Part shown: positions 12,926 to 25,136 of the stretch, in pieces
Position numbering within the stretch: position 1 is the first letter of the stretch
Layout of the letters: each line of letters begins with the position of its first letter
NCBI RefSeq assembly: GCF_004010195.1
Contig: NC_057718.1
Coordinates: 19,154,686 to 19,216,837, forward strand
Direction of reading: 5' to 3'
Origin: Chiloscyllium plagiosum
Lineage: Eukaryota
Length of the DNA stretch: 62,152 bases
Program-made: the position numbers and the translations under genes
The notes under the pieces: generated by a model
Databases searched by the model: none
Seen by the model: the letters and a program-made list of their open reading frames with translations, nothing else
Told to the model about the DNA's origin: nothing

Positions 12926-13078
12926 TTATTCCTTGGAGCATTAGTCTGGGCCAACAGACCAATGGTATTTCCACTACACTCCTACCTTCTCCAATATTGT
13001 TCACGTATGAGCCTACTCTAATCAATAAATGCTATCAGTAATTTGACCTGGCTGTTAAGCAAGCTGTTTTGATATCCA

Positions 13079-13218
13079 GATTCTGTATCAGTGGTGCTGG
13101 AAGAGCACAGCAATTCAGGCAGCATCCGAGGACCTCGGATGCTGCCTGAATTGCTGTGCTCTTCCAGCACCACTGATCCAGAATCTGGTTTCCAGCATCT
13201 GCAGTCATTGTTTTTACC
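13079..13218 (+). mobile_element. PLE pLTR-derived near-perfect palindrome, family A2
   Basis: 56 bp arms (13076-13131, 13133-13188) with one mismatch; TSD ctgttttgatatcca (13064-13078, 13219-13233). Confidence 0.9.
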
Positions 13219-13664
13219 CTGTTTTGATATCCATCCTTGTGTATTCAGCAGTAGGTCAATCATCTCCTTGAGTGTGTGTCTGGAGCCCCTGTTCTACTGT
13301 CCTATGAATTTAGGACATCTCTTCCCCCTTTCCACCTCTTCCACCAAGTCATCCAATGCAGAGACTGAAAATCCTGGAGTCACAGGTTGCAACATTCCTC
13401 ACTGTTTCCCAGGATAGGTTCACTTTCTGTGTGACACCCGACCCTTTCTACAGTGACAATGCACTCTCAATGAAGGGTAACTTTAATTAGTGCCCTGAAA
13501 TTACCATTTTGGGCTCCCTGTTGATACATGGTCACCCCTTCACCTACTGAACTCAAGGAACACAGCCAAATTTATGAAACTATTTTCGCAATGTAACCAT
13601 GTCAACCTTGGTACAATTCTGGCAAATGTACTTGTTCCAAGACCAATGGTGTGTGATTCTAAAA

Positions 13665-13925
13665 CTGAACACAATATACCCAATGGGATCTGATCTTTAC
13701 ACGTGAAGCAATACCTCCTTACTGCGCATTCCAGCACATTTTAAAGATAATGACCAAAGGTTTTTAGTCTTTGTGTACACAAAGACTCCACAATCCTCAT
13801 AGTGTCTAGTCTCTTCTCATTAAGAAAATATTCCATTTTGTCTTTCTTGGCTCCAAGTAAGTGACATCACACTTTCCCGCACTGAACCACGTCTGCCATA
13901 GTTTGCCCACTCACGTATCTATGTA
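13665..13925 (-). mobile_element. Decayed CR1 LINE fragment
   Basis: catcacactttcccgcactgaacc..ctgcca is the reverse complement of the CR1 WQM.FN..KC.V motif. Confidence 0.55.
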
Positions 13926-13939
13926 TGAATGTATCTAGA

Positions 13940-14500
13940 AAACAGTTGTCACAGTCTACCAATGGCTGGGAACTCTGCAGCAAAGAAGCTCACCTCCCGA
14001 CTCCCAAAACCTACTCACCATCTACAAAGCATAAATCTGGAGGGTGATGAAATAATCTCCACTTGCTTGGAGGAATGCAGCCCTAACTACACAGAAGAAG
14101 CTCAACACCAAACAGCCCATTAAACTGGAACCAATCCATCCCCATTCAGCATTCACTCCCTCCATCACCAGTACACAGTGGCAGCAGAGTGGACCACTTA
14201 CAAGGTGCACTGCAGTAACTAGTCAATGCTCCTTCGAGAGCACCTTCCAAACATGTGGCCATTACTGTCTAGAGGGTCAAAAGCAGCAGATACACTGAGT
14301 CACCACCATATACAAGCTCCCTTCTAAGCCACTCAGCATCCTAACTTACCATTCCTTAACTGTCAACAGCTAAAAATTCTGAAACTTTCTTCCGAACCAC
14401 AATATGGGTCAGACTCAATCGAATCAATCGCAGCGGATCAGAAAAGCAGCTCACCACCAATGTCTCCAGGGAGATTAGGAATGGGAAATAAATAAAATAA
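13940..14500 (+). mobile_element. 3' end of a second CR1-clade LINE family
   Basis: cattcactccctccatcacc...tgcactgcag...gagcaccttccaaac...gcagctcaccacca...ttaggaatgggaaataaa; also at 45175-46810, 46840-47530 and 60695-62110. Confidence 0.75.
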
Positions 14501-14924
14501 CTAGAGCTCAGTTGAATTTCACCTTTGTCAAATAATAACGTTAACTATTGCACAGTGATCAGGAATCTCAGGAAATTCTGTCTCTTTGAATGGTAAGTGT
14601 TCCGATTACTTGGATTGTCACACTAGTTGAGATGATCTACCCTCTGTATAGGTGCAGGAATCCTGTCTCAAACTTGAGGTGTCTTGGTCTGACATCAGTT
14701 GAGTCAGCAGATTAGCTGCTTTAAACTTATGCACAAGTTAGCTTCAGTCAAACATCCTACTAACCAGCGACTAGCTGCCTTACTCTTCATTTACTTGGTA
14801 GCGATACCTTTCACTTCCCTGCAGCAGTGCTCTCTTCTGTGAAGAAAGGCCACATGACTTCACAAAAACAATACACTACTGTGTTTTTCAAAGCACTTTC
14901 AGCATTTGATATAATCTTACTTAC

Positions 14925-14953
14925 ATGTGGCGGAAAATCGATTGGCTCCAGGT
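14925..14953 (-). other. Candidate 29-nt micro-exon ((D)LEPIDFPPH in one frame)
   Basis: Donor T/gtaagtaag; acceptor ttgttgcaaag preceded by a tactaaa branch-like motif. Confidence 0.25.
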
Positions 14954-15409
14954 CTTTGCAACAATTTAGTAAGAACTTAATAAGATTTGGTTAAATAAAA
15001 CAGCACTAAACCAACAAAAGCCACTATGTGTAAATCACAAGCTTGTGGTCATACACAATCATGAGTGAACATATGATTTTACCAGCAGTGAGTTTCCAGC
15101 TGACATTCAGCTCCTGGGCACATCAAGGGAGCTACTTTTAATGTTTTATACATGTGCCTCATTCTTGGGAAATGTTCTTCTGGCATGAGATGATGTTCTT
15201 GAACAATAATGGCAAATATCAACAACTAGGCAAAAAGTAGCAACTTTTACATTCAAAACAATGTATAGAGTGGGCTACAGAAAACTGATTGTAGATTTGA
15301 CATGATCCTGCAGACACAACAACTTTCTTGAGGACAGAATTGAAAAGGCTAGATCAAAAGAGTTGGATGCATTCTCCTTGGAAATTAGATAGCAAGATCT
15401 TTGTTTTTA

Positions 15410-15745
15410 TTCATTCCTGGGATTAGGGTGTCTCTGGCTAGGCAGCATTTATTGTCCATACCTCATTGCTCAGAGGGCAATTGAGAGTCAACCACGTTGC
15501 TGTGGATTCTAGATGTAACCCTGGTAAGGAGACAGTTTCCTTCCCAAAAGGATATTAGTGAACCAGATGGGTTTTTTCACCAATTGATTCATGGTCAACA
15601 TTCAGGCTCTTAATTCCAGATTTTCTTTTAATATTGAATTCAAATTCCACCATCTACCCTAGCAGGATTTGAATGCAGGTCCACAGAATGCTACCGGGAT
15701 CTCTGGATTAACACTCCAGTGATAATACCACTAGGCCATCACCCA
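15410..15745 (-). mobile_element. tRNA-head SINE with CR1-like tail, near full length
   Basis: Minus head tggcctagtggtattatc (A-box-like) and attcaaatcc (B-box-like); tail caataaatgctgcctagcc. Confidence 0.75.
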
Positions 15746-15764
15746 TTCCTTACCCTCCAAGAGA

Positions 15765-16450
15765 GCTATTCAAGATCAAGAGGGGGCTTGATTTGGGACA
15801 TAGGGAGAAGCTGTTCCCATTCATAAAAGGATAACAGACAAGAGGGCACAAATTTAGAGTGATTTGCAAAAGAAATAAATGTGAGACAAGGAAAATCTTT
15901 TTAACAAGGCGGCACAGTGGCTCAGTGGTTAGCACTGCTGCCTCACAGCACCATGGTCCCAGGTTCAATCCCAGCCTCAGGTGATTGTGTGGAGATTGCA
16001 CATTCTGCCCATGTCTGCGTGGGGTTTCCTCTGGGTGCTCCGGTTTCCCTCCCACAGTCCAAAGATGTGCAGGTTAGGTGAATTGGCCACGCCTAAATTG
16101 CCCATAGTGTTAGGCGCATTAGTCGGAGGAAAATGAGTCTGGGGGGTTACTGTTCGGAGGGTCGGTGTGGACTGGTTGGGCCGAAGGGCCTGTTTCCACA
16201 CTGTAGGGAATCGAATCTAATCTAACACAGGGAGTAGTTAGGGTGTGGAGTGCATCATTTGGGAAGTATGGTGGAAGGTGGTTCAACTAAGGCCACCAAG
16301 AGGCTATTGAATGATTATTTAGAAGGAAATCATCTGTAACAATATTGAGGAATAAGCAGAGGGTTGGCAGCAGGTAATGATGCTCATTTGAAGTGACAGT
16401 GCAGATGTATGTGACAAGTGGCCTCCTTCTGTGCTATAACATGTCCATGA
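15765..16450 (+). mobile_element. CR1 3' end with a nested HE1 SINE
   Basis: agggagaagctgttccc...agagggcacaaattta...ttttaaca[SINE]cagggagtagttagggtgtgga...tggcctccttctgtgct. Confidence 0.75.
15909..16222 (+). mobile_element. HE1 V-SINE, full length, young
   Basis: A-box tggctcagtgg, B-box ggttcaatccc, V-domain and HER1-like tail; short taaca duplication. Confidence 0.93.
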
Positions 16451-16834
16451 CATACAAATGACCACTCACACACTCCTAAAGGGGACCTATGCTTGAAGGA
16501 AACACTAGGGTCAGGAGTAATTCTCTGATACAGTAACTCTAATTCCACCCACTATGTGCCTTATAAATGACATTGGATGGTGGGTGAGTGGGATTTGTAA
16601 AATTGAAACGGAAAATCCTCAAGAAAGCCGAATTCTCTAATGCAGCACATATTTGTGACTCCAGTATTAATCTGATCTTTTCCAAGCAATGCTTTAACTT
16701 AAATTAATCTGATATACACTGGAAATACTCTTAACAGAAAAGTACCAGAATTTAAACTAGCCATTGGAGTATATTATTGGCTTTGGTAGAGTTTAGGGCA
16801 CACTTGCACATGATTCTTTCAGGGGATCAGGAAC

Positions 16835-17000
16835 GGAACGAACATTTTTATGATGCCTTTCGTGATCCTCGGATTTCCCAAAGAATTTACAGCCAGCAAC
16901 ACTGAAGAGTCATCACTGTAATAATGGCCAAAAGACAAACAACAATGTGATAATGACTGGCTAATCTGTACTTGTTGAGAGATGGACGTAATAGATATTA
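16835..17000 (-). mobile_element. Deu-domain SINE 3' remnant
   Basis: Reverse complement resembles 28970-29140 (cattatcacattgttg...ggctgtaaa). Confidence 0.5.
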
Positions 17001-17305
17001 TGTTCCAGAAAGTCAGTGATGAAAGACAGAAAATTTGCATATTTTAATAAGCAATAATTTATAGTGTTACACACGACAAGCAGTAGAATTCCCTATGTAT
17101 AGTTTATTTGGACTTTTAGGAGGTCTTTCACAGATCTTCCACGTGAAAGGCTTCCAATTAAGCTAAAAAGCACAGAAATCCAAGATGAGGCATGGCTGCA
17201 AATAATAAGGTGTTTAGAAATAAAATGAGGCTTGCTGAATGGAATTGCCTATTAACATGAATGCCCAGAATGTTGAAGCAAAATTTAATATTGACAATTG
17301 GCAAC

Positions 17306-17762
17306 ATAGAGTCATAGAGATGTACAGCACGGAAACATACCCTTCGGTCCAACTCGTCCATGCTGACAAGATATCCTAACCCAGTCTAATCCCATTTGCC
17401 AGCATTTGGCCCATATCCCTCTAAACCCTTCCTCTAAACCATCCAGATGCATTTTTAAAAATTGCAATTGTACCACCCTCCACCACGACCTCTGGCAGCT
17501 CATTCCATACATACTCTGCATGGAAAAGTTGCCCCTTAGGTCCCTCTTAACTTTTTCCCCTCTTCCCCCTAAACTTAAATCCTCTAGTTCTGGACTCCCC
17601 CACCCAGGGAAAATACCTTGTCTATTTATTCTACCGTCATGATTTTATAGACCTGTATAAGGTCACCCCACAGCCTCCAATGATCCAGAGTAAATAGCAC
17701 CAGCCTATTCAGCCTCTCCCTATAGCTCAAAGCCTCCAACCCTGGCAACATCCTTGTAAATC
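17306..17762 (-). mobile_element. HER1/CR1 LINE 3' end
   Basis: Starts at the tail atagagtcatagagatgtacagcacggaaac; minus ORF reads FTRMLPGLEALSYRERLNRL. Confidence 0.9.
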
Positions 17763-18269
17763 CTGTGTAGTAGAGAGTGTAACAGAGAGGATAAAACAGA
17801 TCAAACATGGCAGATAATTGTCAGTTCGATGCAGAACTGGGAGGACAAATGGTAAGTGAAATTTAACAGCGAAGAACCACAATAATGGACAGTAATCAAA
17901 GATGTATTCTAAATAAATATGAAATGAATTGAAACAATGAACAGAACTGGGGTTAGCAGAGATCAACTTGGTGTGATAGTGCAAGAATACATTGGCAGCT
18001 GGGTATATAAATACAACACGTTCCTTCATTCTTTAATTTCCACTATTTTCTGGCAACATTTAGAAATATGGGGTAGAATCTTCCATACTCCTTATATGCT
18101 TTTAGAAAGCAGTTGGGGAACTTAATTGGAGGGGATCTTCAAGCTCGGGGTCCTGACTGCAGATTAAAGTTTTGCTTCAAGTTCCTGGAAGCTCTTGGAC
18201 ATTCCTCAGCATTCCAGGAATATTCACAAACACCTCAGTCCATAGAATTACTTGCGAGATCCCAAAGAT

Positions 18270-18588
18270 ATAGAATCACAGAGATGTACAGCATGGAAAC
18301 AGACCCTTCGGTCCAACCCGTCCATGCCGACCAGATATCCCAACCCAATCTAGTCCCACCTGCCAGCACCCGGCCCATATCCCTCCAAACTCTTTCTATT
18401 CATATACCCATCCAGATGCCAATTAAATATTGCAATTGTACCAGCCTCCACCACTTCCTCTGACAGCTCATTCCATACACGTACCACCCTCTGCATGAAA
18501 AGGTTGCCCCTTAGGTCTCTTTTATATCTTTCTCCCCTCATCCTAAACCTATGCCCTCTAGTTCTGAACTCACCCACCCCAGGGAAAA
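18270..18588 (-). mobile_element. HER1/CR1 LINE 3' end
   Basis: Minus ORF FPGVGEFRTRGHRFRMRGERYKRDLRGNLFMQRVVRVWNELSEEVV is a typical CR1 ORF2 C-terminus. Confidence 0.9.
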
Positions 18589-18732
18589 GCACAGCAGGTC
18601 AGGCAGCATCCAAGGACCTGGAGAGTTGAGGTTTTGAGCATCAGCCCTTCTTCAGGAATGATGACAGGCTGTGTTTTTCCAGCACCACACTTTTTGACTC
18701 TGATATCCAGCATCTGCAGTCCTCACTTTCTC
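18583..18732. mobile_element. PLE family A hairpin remnant, joined to the CR1 through ggaaaag microhomology
   Basis: gcacagcaggtcaggcagcatcc...cccttcttcaggaatg, then inverted ttccagcaccacac...gcagtcctcactttctc. Confidence 0.8.
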
Positions 18733-18921
18733 TTACAAACACTTAAAGTATAAGGGGGTGAAGCCTGACGGGGTCGATCAGCTCATGTGAAGTCAGTTAT
18801 ACACGGTCACGCCTATTGTGTTGTTAAAGGCTTACAATGTAACAAGGGGGAGTTCTGAGTGGACCAGCAAGTCTGCCTGAGCTAGGCAACCATGCTAGCT
18901 GACGTTAGCAAATCTGACTGG

Positions 18922-19037
18922 ACAGGATGGGATGAGGTGGGACAAGATGGAATGGGAAGAGACGGGGATGGGATGAGATGGGGATGGGATGGAGGGGAAG
19001 GGATGGGACGAGATGGGATGAGACGAGACGAGATGGG
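18922..19037. repeat. Pentanucleotide repeat (GGGAT/GAGAT/GAGAC)n
   Basis: ggatgggatgag...gagatgggatgagacgagacgagatggg. Confidence 0.85.
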
Positions 19038-19609
19038 TAAGGCTAAACCTCTAAAGGGACCCCAACTCTAAAGGTTCAGATAGGAAAGGATGACATGGAA
19101 TGGGAGTTAAAGAGAACACTGGAGAGATCCTGGGAGGAAACTGGGATGCATCATTGGGGAGAGTCACAGAGATAGGGACAAGGAAGGGTGGGAACTGTCT
19201 GTTTCGGGTGGGTGCCCAATCAGGTAATCAGGTACACCAGAGAGGGATGAACCTGAATAAGTCGAAAGCTAAGGCTGGAGGTGGGATCTGGATGGGAGTA
19301 TGATCAGGAAGGGGAGCAGGAGGATCATGGAGATAGTAAAAGACTTAATACTTACGCTGGGCGAGTGGTGGAGGGTAATTGAAAGAGGCCAGAGGGGGTG
19401 TCCCAGAGAAACATACCATCCTTCTTCTGAATGAAGGCAAGGCCTTTCACAAATATGAGGTGTGATCTATTGGCATGCATTCCTGCACTCCAACAGACTC
19501 CCAAGGAAGGGAATTCAAGCAGAAACTGGACAATGTACTGAGGGGATGCCCTCTCTGCAAAAGTGAGTCAGTTCTATCAACACCTGACACCTCTCTACCT
19601 TAGTTAGCT

Positions 19610-20050
19610 TGTACAGGTTTGGATTACTTGTTACTTTGGTTAGAACTTCAGTATGCCACCCTTACACCTGTCATGTCATCCTAATCATTTGGTTTGTCTC
19701 CAGCACAAACTTTTTAAAATATTTTATAATTATCTCTCTGCCTCAATTAATCAGATTATAGGTCATCCCTTCACTTGTTATTCAGCTGTTGACACTTTAC
19801 TCACATGGTCTTACACTCTTGATAACCTGCAGTGACCTATTATTTGGCCTGTTGACACTCCACTCACACCTTTTATATGATCTTTTGATCTCTCTGATTA
19901 TAAATTCTGAGCCTGGGCACCTCCCCTGACTTCACCTGATGAAGGAGCAGCGCTCCAAAAGCTTGTGATTTCAAATAAACCTGTTGGACTATAACCTGGT
20001 GTCGTGTGACTTCTGACCTTGTCCACCCCAGTCCAACACTAGCACCTCCT
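19610..20050 (+). mobile_element. PLE pLTR 3' end, family B, with a mutated hammerhead
   Basis: tcac-CTGATGA-a-ggagc-agc-gctcc-AAAA(for GAAA)-gctt-gtga at ~19932-19968, then cctgttggactataacctggtg...ccagtccaacac. Confidence 0.75.
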
Positions 20051-20457
20051 TTGAGATCAATTGTAATCCAATGACAATATTTCTTGCTGTTAACATTCAG
20101 CCTTATATTTTTCCCACTCCTTCCAATGCTCGTCTTAACTGATCTTGTACTTATTTTGATGTAATTGCAACTCTTCATTAGTAGTGTTTGTTTGAATTTA
20201 ATCCTAGTGTGATCCAATTGGAGATTAAACTCCTGGACAAGCAATGGGAATGCTTCAGAGAGAAGCTAAAAAGGACTTGTGTTCAAATTACCCTTTTCAC
20301 AATGTCAGTAATCTCATAATGTTTTACACACAACAAAGCAGATATTTTCAAATCAACCTGTTCAGAAACACTATTATTCACCTCTGGGGTAGGTGGGACT
20401 TGAATCTGGGCATCCTGGCTGAGAGGTGGGACATTATCACTGCACCACGAGAGCCCC

Positions 20458-20780
20458 TTACAGCCAGTGAGGTGTAATCATGGCGTTACTGTGGGAAACA
20501 TGGTCACCAATCAGCACAAAACAACCTCCCACACACAGCAATGTGATAATGAACAGATAATTTGTTTTGTGATGTTGGGTGAGAGATAAAATGTTGGCCA
20601 GGACACCTGGGATAACTCCCTTACATCTTTGAAATAGTCCCATGGGATCTCTTAAACCCACTCGTGCAAACTGACAGGGCCTCAGCTGAATATCTCACGC
20701 AAAAGATAACTCCCTCAGTGCTGCACATGGGTGTCCACTTTGATTTCTGTCCTCAAGTACTGGAGTGTGACCTGAATCAG
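20458..20780 (-). mobile_element. Deu-domain SINE (SacSINE1/AmnSINE1-like)
   Basis: Reverse complement: aagagatcccatgggactatttc...ggtgtcctggccaacattttatc...cattatcacattgctg. Confidence 0.75.
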
Positions 20781-21057
20781 GATTGTGTTAAAAAATGCTG
20801 GACAGATGTTGGAGAATTAGTGTGCTGGCTTCATAAATTATACACAAATTTAATTGCTTGCTCAAAGTAACAAAAATCTTATTCATAAAAAATTTGCTGT
20901 TTTGTTACATGATCATCTTTCTTCACGGTATCACAGAAACAATTCAGAATCCTTCTTCTCCTCCAAAGGCACACATTTACACAGTGGTGCCCCAGTAATC
21001 ATTGTCCATCCCAAAAGACAGTTGAGAGTCAACCATAAAATAACTCCATGGAGGACG

Positions 21058-21720
21058 GTATCCTGTCACCAAGTCACCTTTTATTTACATGTGGAGAGAC
21101 CTTGACTCTGATCTGGCCTCTTCAGAGCCTGCTCTCAGGGAACAGAACCTCTGACTCTCTTGTTTATTTTTTTTTAAATTTACAACATGTTAGGAGGTCA
21201 TTCTGCCCATTTGCAACTGTGCTCTATCCCTGAAAGATGCTGGGGCCAAGATACGAACTGAGAGCTTAAAGCAAGACGGAACTTATTTTTGATTCACAGT
21301 CCCTCTTGAAAATTTGTTCTAATAGCAGCCTACGTTTAGCTTCCACTTGAATTTGCAAGCTGAATCACATGAAGATGAAGTTATAAAAGAAATCCCCTGA
21401 TTTACCACGTAACTGAAGTTAAAACTTATTTCCTGCCAGTTGGATTCATTCACTGACTGCAAAGCAATTGGTACTGATTAAAACAATTCCACTCTAAAAT
21501 AATTCCACAGAAGCCAGCATCCTGTCACCAAGTCACCCAGTATTTACATGTGGAGAGTCCTTGACTCTGATTCGGCTCCCTCAGAGCCTGCTCTCAGGAA
21601 CAGAACCTCTGACTCTCCTGTTTATATCTTTCAGCCAGGGCTCCCTGATTGGACCAGGTTAACAGCCCCAATCAGGGAACTTATATTCTATGACATCCAA
21701 TCACCTGACCTTGTTTACCA
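21058..21720 (-). mobile_element. Two related short LTR-like copies (21058-21168 partial; 21517-21720)
   Basis: Repeated atcctgtcaccaagtcacc...atttacatgtggagag...gaacagaacctctgactctc; a third fragment lies at ~53877. Confidence 0.5.
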
Positions 21721-21789
21721 TTGCTACAAAGCGCATTGCTATATGGATGTTGAATGAACTCAAAGAGAGTCCAATCTGTCATGTGGAAT

Positions 21790-22450
21790 TTTTACACAAA
21801 GCTTTCAGGACCTGGCTCAAGAAGCTGTTCCTTACAGATTTGGTATTTAAAAAAAACAAGCTTCTGTCACTAAGAGCCCTTTTCATGACCAGTCTGTGTC
21901 CCAGAACACTTTGCAACTGATGAAAGGTATTTGTGAGGTCCTTATCGCCGTGTAGGAATCCCTCAATGAATTTGGGCAATCTCCCTCCATTTAAATAACT
22001 TGCTGCTTTTCTACTCTTCCTGCTAATCAGTGGACACATTCACATGTTCCTGCATTATACTTCATCTGCCAAATTTTGTTTATTATCTGTATCTCCTTAT
22101 CATCTTCTCAACTTACTTTCCTAACGACCTTTGTATCATCAGCAAATTTAGCTATAAAACCGGTCCCTTCATCTGAGATATTTCAATTGACTGTAAGTAA
22201 TTGAGGATCAAACACTAATCTGTGTGACACCCCACTTGACATGTCCTGCGAACCCAAAAATGGCCTATTAATACCCACCCTCTGTTTCAAGTTGATTAAG
22301 TAATCCTCTGTTCTTGTTACCCTGTACACCTTAAGTTCCTATATTGCTGAGTAATCTTTGATGTGGATTCTGGAAATACAATTACAGTATATCCACAGGT
22401 TCTCCTTAATCCAAGTTGCTTGCTACTTCCTCAAAAGAACTCAAATAAAA
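21790..22450 (-). mobile_element. Old CR1 LINE RT-region fragment
   Basis: ctttgtatcatcagcaaattta is the reverse complement of the KFADDTK motif. Confidence 0.7.
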
Positions 22451-22459
22451 GACATATTT

Positions 22460-22625
22460 TCTTGAAACTTTTTTGTTCTACACTCATCAGGATGATTCAC
22501 AACAATACCAATACAGTAGGAAACCAACATTTACACCACTTCATAGGAGGGTGCTGATGAGTGCAAGTCAAAACACTTCAACAAACTGTCTTTTTCTTCC
22601 AGTGTTGCTCGGGTTATGTACCATC
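22460..22625. mobile_element. Decayed PLE-type pLTR, family D, with inverted hammerhead-like remnants
   Basis: Plus ctgatgagtgcaagtcaaaa (22554-22573), and cactcatcagg on the opposite strand (~22480); related sequence at ~53440. Confidence 0.45.
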
Positions 22626-22674
22626 AAATGACTATTTTAATTGTAATATATCAGTCAAACACTTTTCAGAGGGC

Positions 22675-22872
22675 TAAGTTAAAAATCACACAACACCAGG
22701 TTATAGTCCAACAGGTTTAATTGGAAGCACACTAGCTTTCGGAGCGACGCTCCTTCATCAGGCGTCGCTCCGAAAGCTAGTGTGCCTCCAATTAAACCTG
22801 TTGGACTATAACCTGGTGTTGCGTGATTTTTAACTTTGTACACCCCAGTCCAACACAAGCATCGTCAAATCA
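22675..22872. mobile_element. PLE pLTR-derived palindrome, family B
   Basis: Arms aagttaaaaatcac...gctttcggagcgacgc / gcgtcgctccgaaagc...gtgatttttaactt; TSD ttttcagagggc (22663-22674, 22873-22884). Confidence 0.9.
22730..22764 (-). ncRNA. Minimal type I hammerhead ribozyme (family B), intact core
   Basis: Minus: cgc-CTGATGA-a-GGAGC-gtc-GCTCC-GAAA-G-CTA-gtg. Confidence 0.75.
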
Positions 22873-23029
22873 TTTTCAGAGGGCAGTTACGAATCAGCCA
22901 CATTGGGCCAGACCAGGTAAGGACTGAAGATTTCACTTCCTGAAGGATGAATGAACCAGATTTGTGACAATCCAGTTGCTACATGATGACTACTAGAGAG
23001 ACACACTTGTTACACCAGATTTATTAGGG

Positions 23030-23760
23030 TCATACAGCACAGAAACAAAGCCTTCTTTCCAACTTGTCATGTTGAACAGTTTTCTCCAAACTAAACTAAT
23101 CCCACTTGCCTGTATTTGGCCTCTATCCCTCTAGGCCTTTCCTATTCATGTACCTGTTCAAATATCTTTTAAATGTTGTAACTGTATCTGCCTCACCCTC
23201 CTCCTCTGGCCGTTCATTCCATATACGAACCACCCTGTGTGAAAATGTTGCCTCTCAGGATCTTTTAAAACTTTCCCCTCTCACCTTAAAATTATGCTCC
23301 CTAGTTTTGAACTCCCCAACCCTAGGGAAAAGACATTTGCCATTCACCATATCTATACCCCTCATGTTTTTATAAACCTCTATAAGGTCACCCCTCAACC
23401 TCTGATGCTCCAGGGGAAAAGGTCCCAGCCTATCCAGCCTCTCCTTATAATTCCAGTCCTGGAAACATCCTTCTAAATCTTTTCTTAACCCTCTCAAATT
23501 TAATAATATCCTTGCTCTAGCATCGCGACCAAAACTGTACACAGTATTCCAAAAATGGCAATGTCCTGTGCAACTGCAACATGACGCCCTAACTCCTGTA
23601 CTCAATGGTCTGAGCAATGAAGATAAGCGTGCCAAATGTCTTCTTCACCACTCTCTCCACCTGTAACGTCGTTTCCAGGGAGCTATGCATCTGAACCCCT
23701 AGATCTCTCTGTTTGACAACACTCCCCAGGGCCTTACCACTAACTGTGTAAGTCCTGTCC
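23030..23760 (-). mobile_element. HER1/CR1 LINE 3' region
   Basis: Minus ORF YKERLDRLGPFPLEHQRLRGDLIEVYK...TREHNFKVRG. Confidence 0.9.
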
Positions 23761-24094
23761 TTCCTCTAATTAAATGTAAACACTCCCCTCCCCACCTGCC
23801 AAGGTGGGATTTGAACTCCTGACTCCAGATAATTAAAGTATAATACTGAATTATCAGAGCAGCAATGTTCACACTATGCAACCATTTATGGGACTAATTG
23901 AAGAGCAGTGATGTTGCCCCAGCATCCAGACCAAAAATCAGCCTTCAGTCAGATTACCTGTTCATTACATACTGCACACAAACAGGCCTTTCAGCCTAAT
24001 TATCCTATACTAGCGTCTATGCCTCACTCAAGCGACCTTACACCATTTAACTATATCAACGTTTCTTTCTGCCTCCTATGCAACCCTTAATTCT

Positions 24095-24285
24095 ATCTAA
24101 ACCTGTTGGCTGTGTTGTTTGTATCATTGCTGGCTGTCAGAGCTTGCTGCTTGCGAATGGACTACTGTCCGTCTGACATGGCATTAGTGGCTACAATTCG
24201 AAAAAGTTCACCACTGTCGTAAAGCAATTTTAAAAGCCCTGGGTGGTTAGAGGCACAACAGAAATGCAAATGCTTCCTTCTTTGC
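24095..24285 (+). mobile_element. Deu-domain SINE 3' remnant
   Basis: tatcattgctggctgtcagagcttgctg...gtaaagc...gaaatgcaaatgc. Confidence 0.45.
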
Positions 24286-24418
24286 TACAATATCATGCTA
24301 AACAGTTACTTTCGCTTATGCCCTGGTGAACACACTTTCCTTTGTACTACTGCACAGGACTGCCGTTCATTGCAGTTCAAGTTTGTTTGGTGTCTGCTAG
24401 TTATTAACCCTAACTTAC

Positions 24419-24546
24419 CCACAGCAAGGGGAAGTGCAGGCAGCTTCTCGGAGGGATTCAGTGCACAGTCAGCAGGCAGCTGTGCCCGGTCTGAAAGAGG
24501 CAATGCCCATCTGGCTGGGCTTTCAGGAAGTGGTTCGGGGTTACCC
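24419..24546 (-). other. Candidate internal exon (GNPEPLPESPARWALPLSDRAQLPADCALNPSEKLPALPLAV); an alternative acceptor gives the 72-nt form 24419-24490
   Basis: Donor G/gtaagtt; acceptors ttatttcttgcag and tgcctctttcag; a single open frame ending in phase 1; unique sequence. Confidence 0.45.
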
Positions 24547-25136
24547 CTGCAAGAAATAACCTACGACCTTTACAAAACAGCTCTGACATTCTCGCTGTTC
24601 ATTAAGCAACTGCAGCAGTGTGACAAAATGGGAAATAATAACTTTATTCAGGCTGCATTGTGTGAGCTGAAGGTGTGCTGACTGTTAACACGAGCTCTCT
24701 TTCATAGCCAGGGTTTATTATAGCCCGCTCACCTCTGTCCCACGTACTGGCAGGGCAAGGTGTGGGTAATCGTGTTTCATCCCCACCAGCCAGGGAAAAA
24801 TGCAGAAAGGGTCAGGATCAGGGTCAATGCTATTCAACACTACAATTCCCCCAGAGAGTATAATTGATTAAAATCTCCACATGTACATAATGTGTAGCAT
24901 GTGACACAAGGGTCATTCCTCAGTTCGCAATCCCACTATTGGGAGGCGGTACAGAAAAGGGAGATGATTAAAGATATCCCTCTATCTGTGGTGAGTGCCT
25001 GAAGTGACATTTTAAGAAAACCCAAGACCAATTAAAGGAGGCCAGCTGGAATTGTTCAGGCAGAGGGCCACTGTAGGATTAAGGACAGTAAGGTTTCGAA
25101 TGTCCTCATGTTTAGGAAGTGTGTGAGTTATTAAGA

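Noticed and set aside
13076..13188. Long hairpins read as miRNA precursors, terminators or DNA-transposon MITEs
   Set aside because: The arms are asymmetric copies of a PLE pLTR end with variable 9-15 bp TSDs, and the same module follows a GIY-YIG ORF at 25137.
15909..15980. tRNA-like sequences (also 41577, 11348, 44703)
   Set aside because: They are SINE heads with A/B boxes continuing into the V-domain, not tRNA genes.
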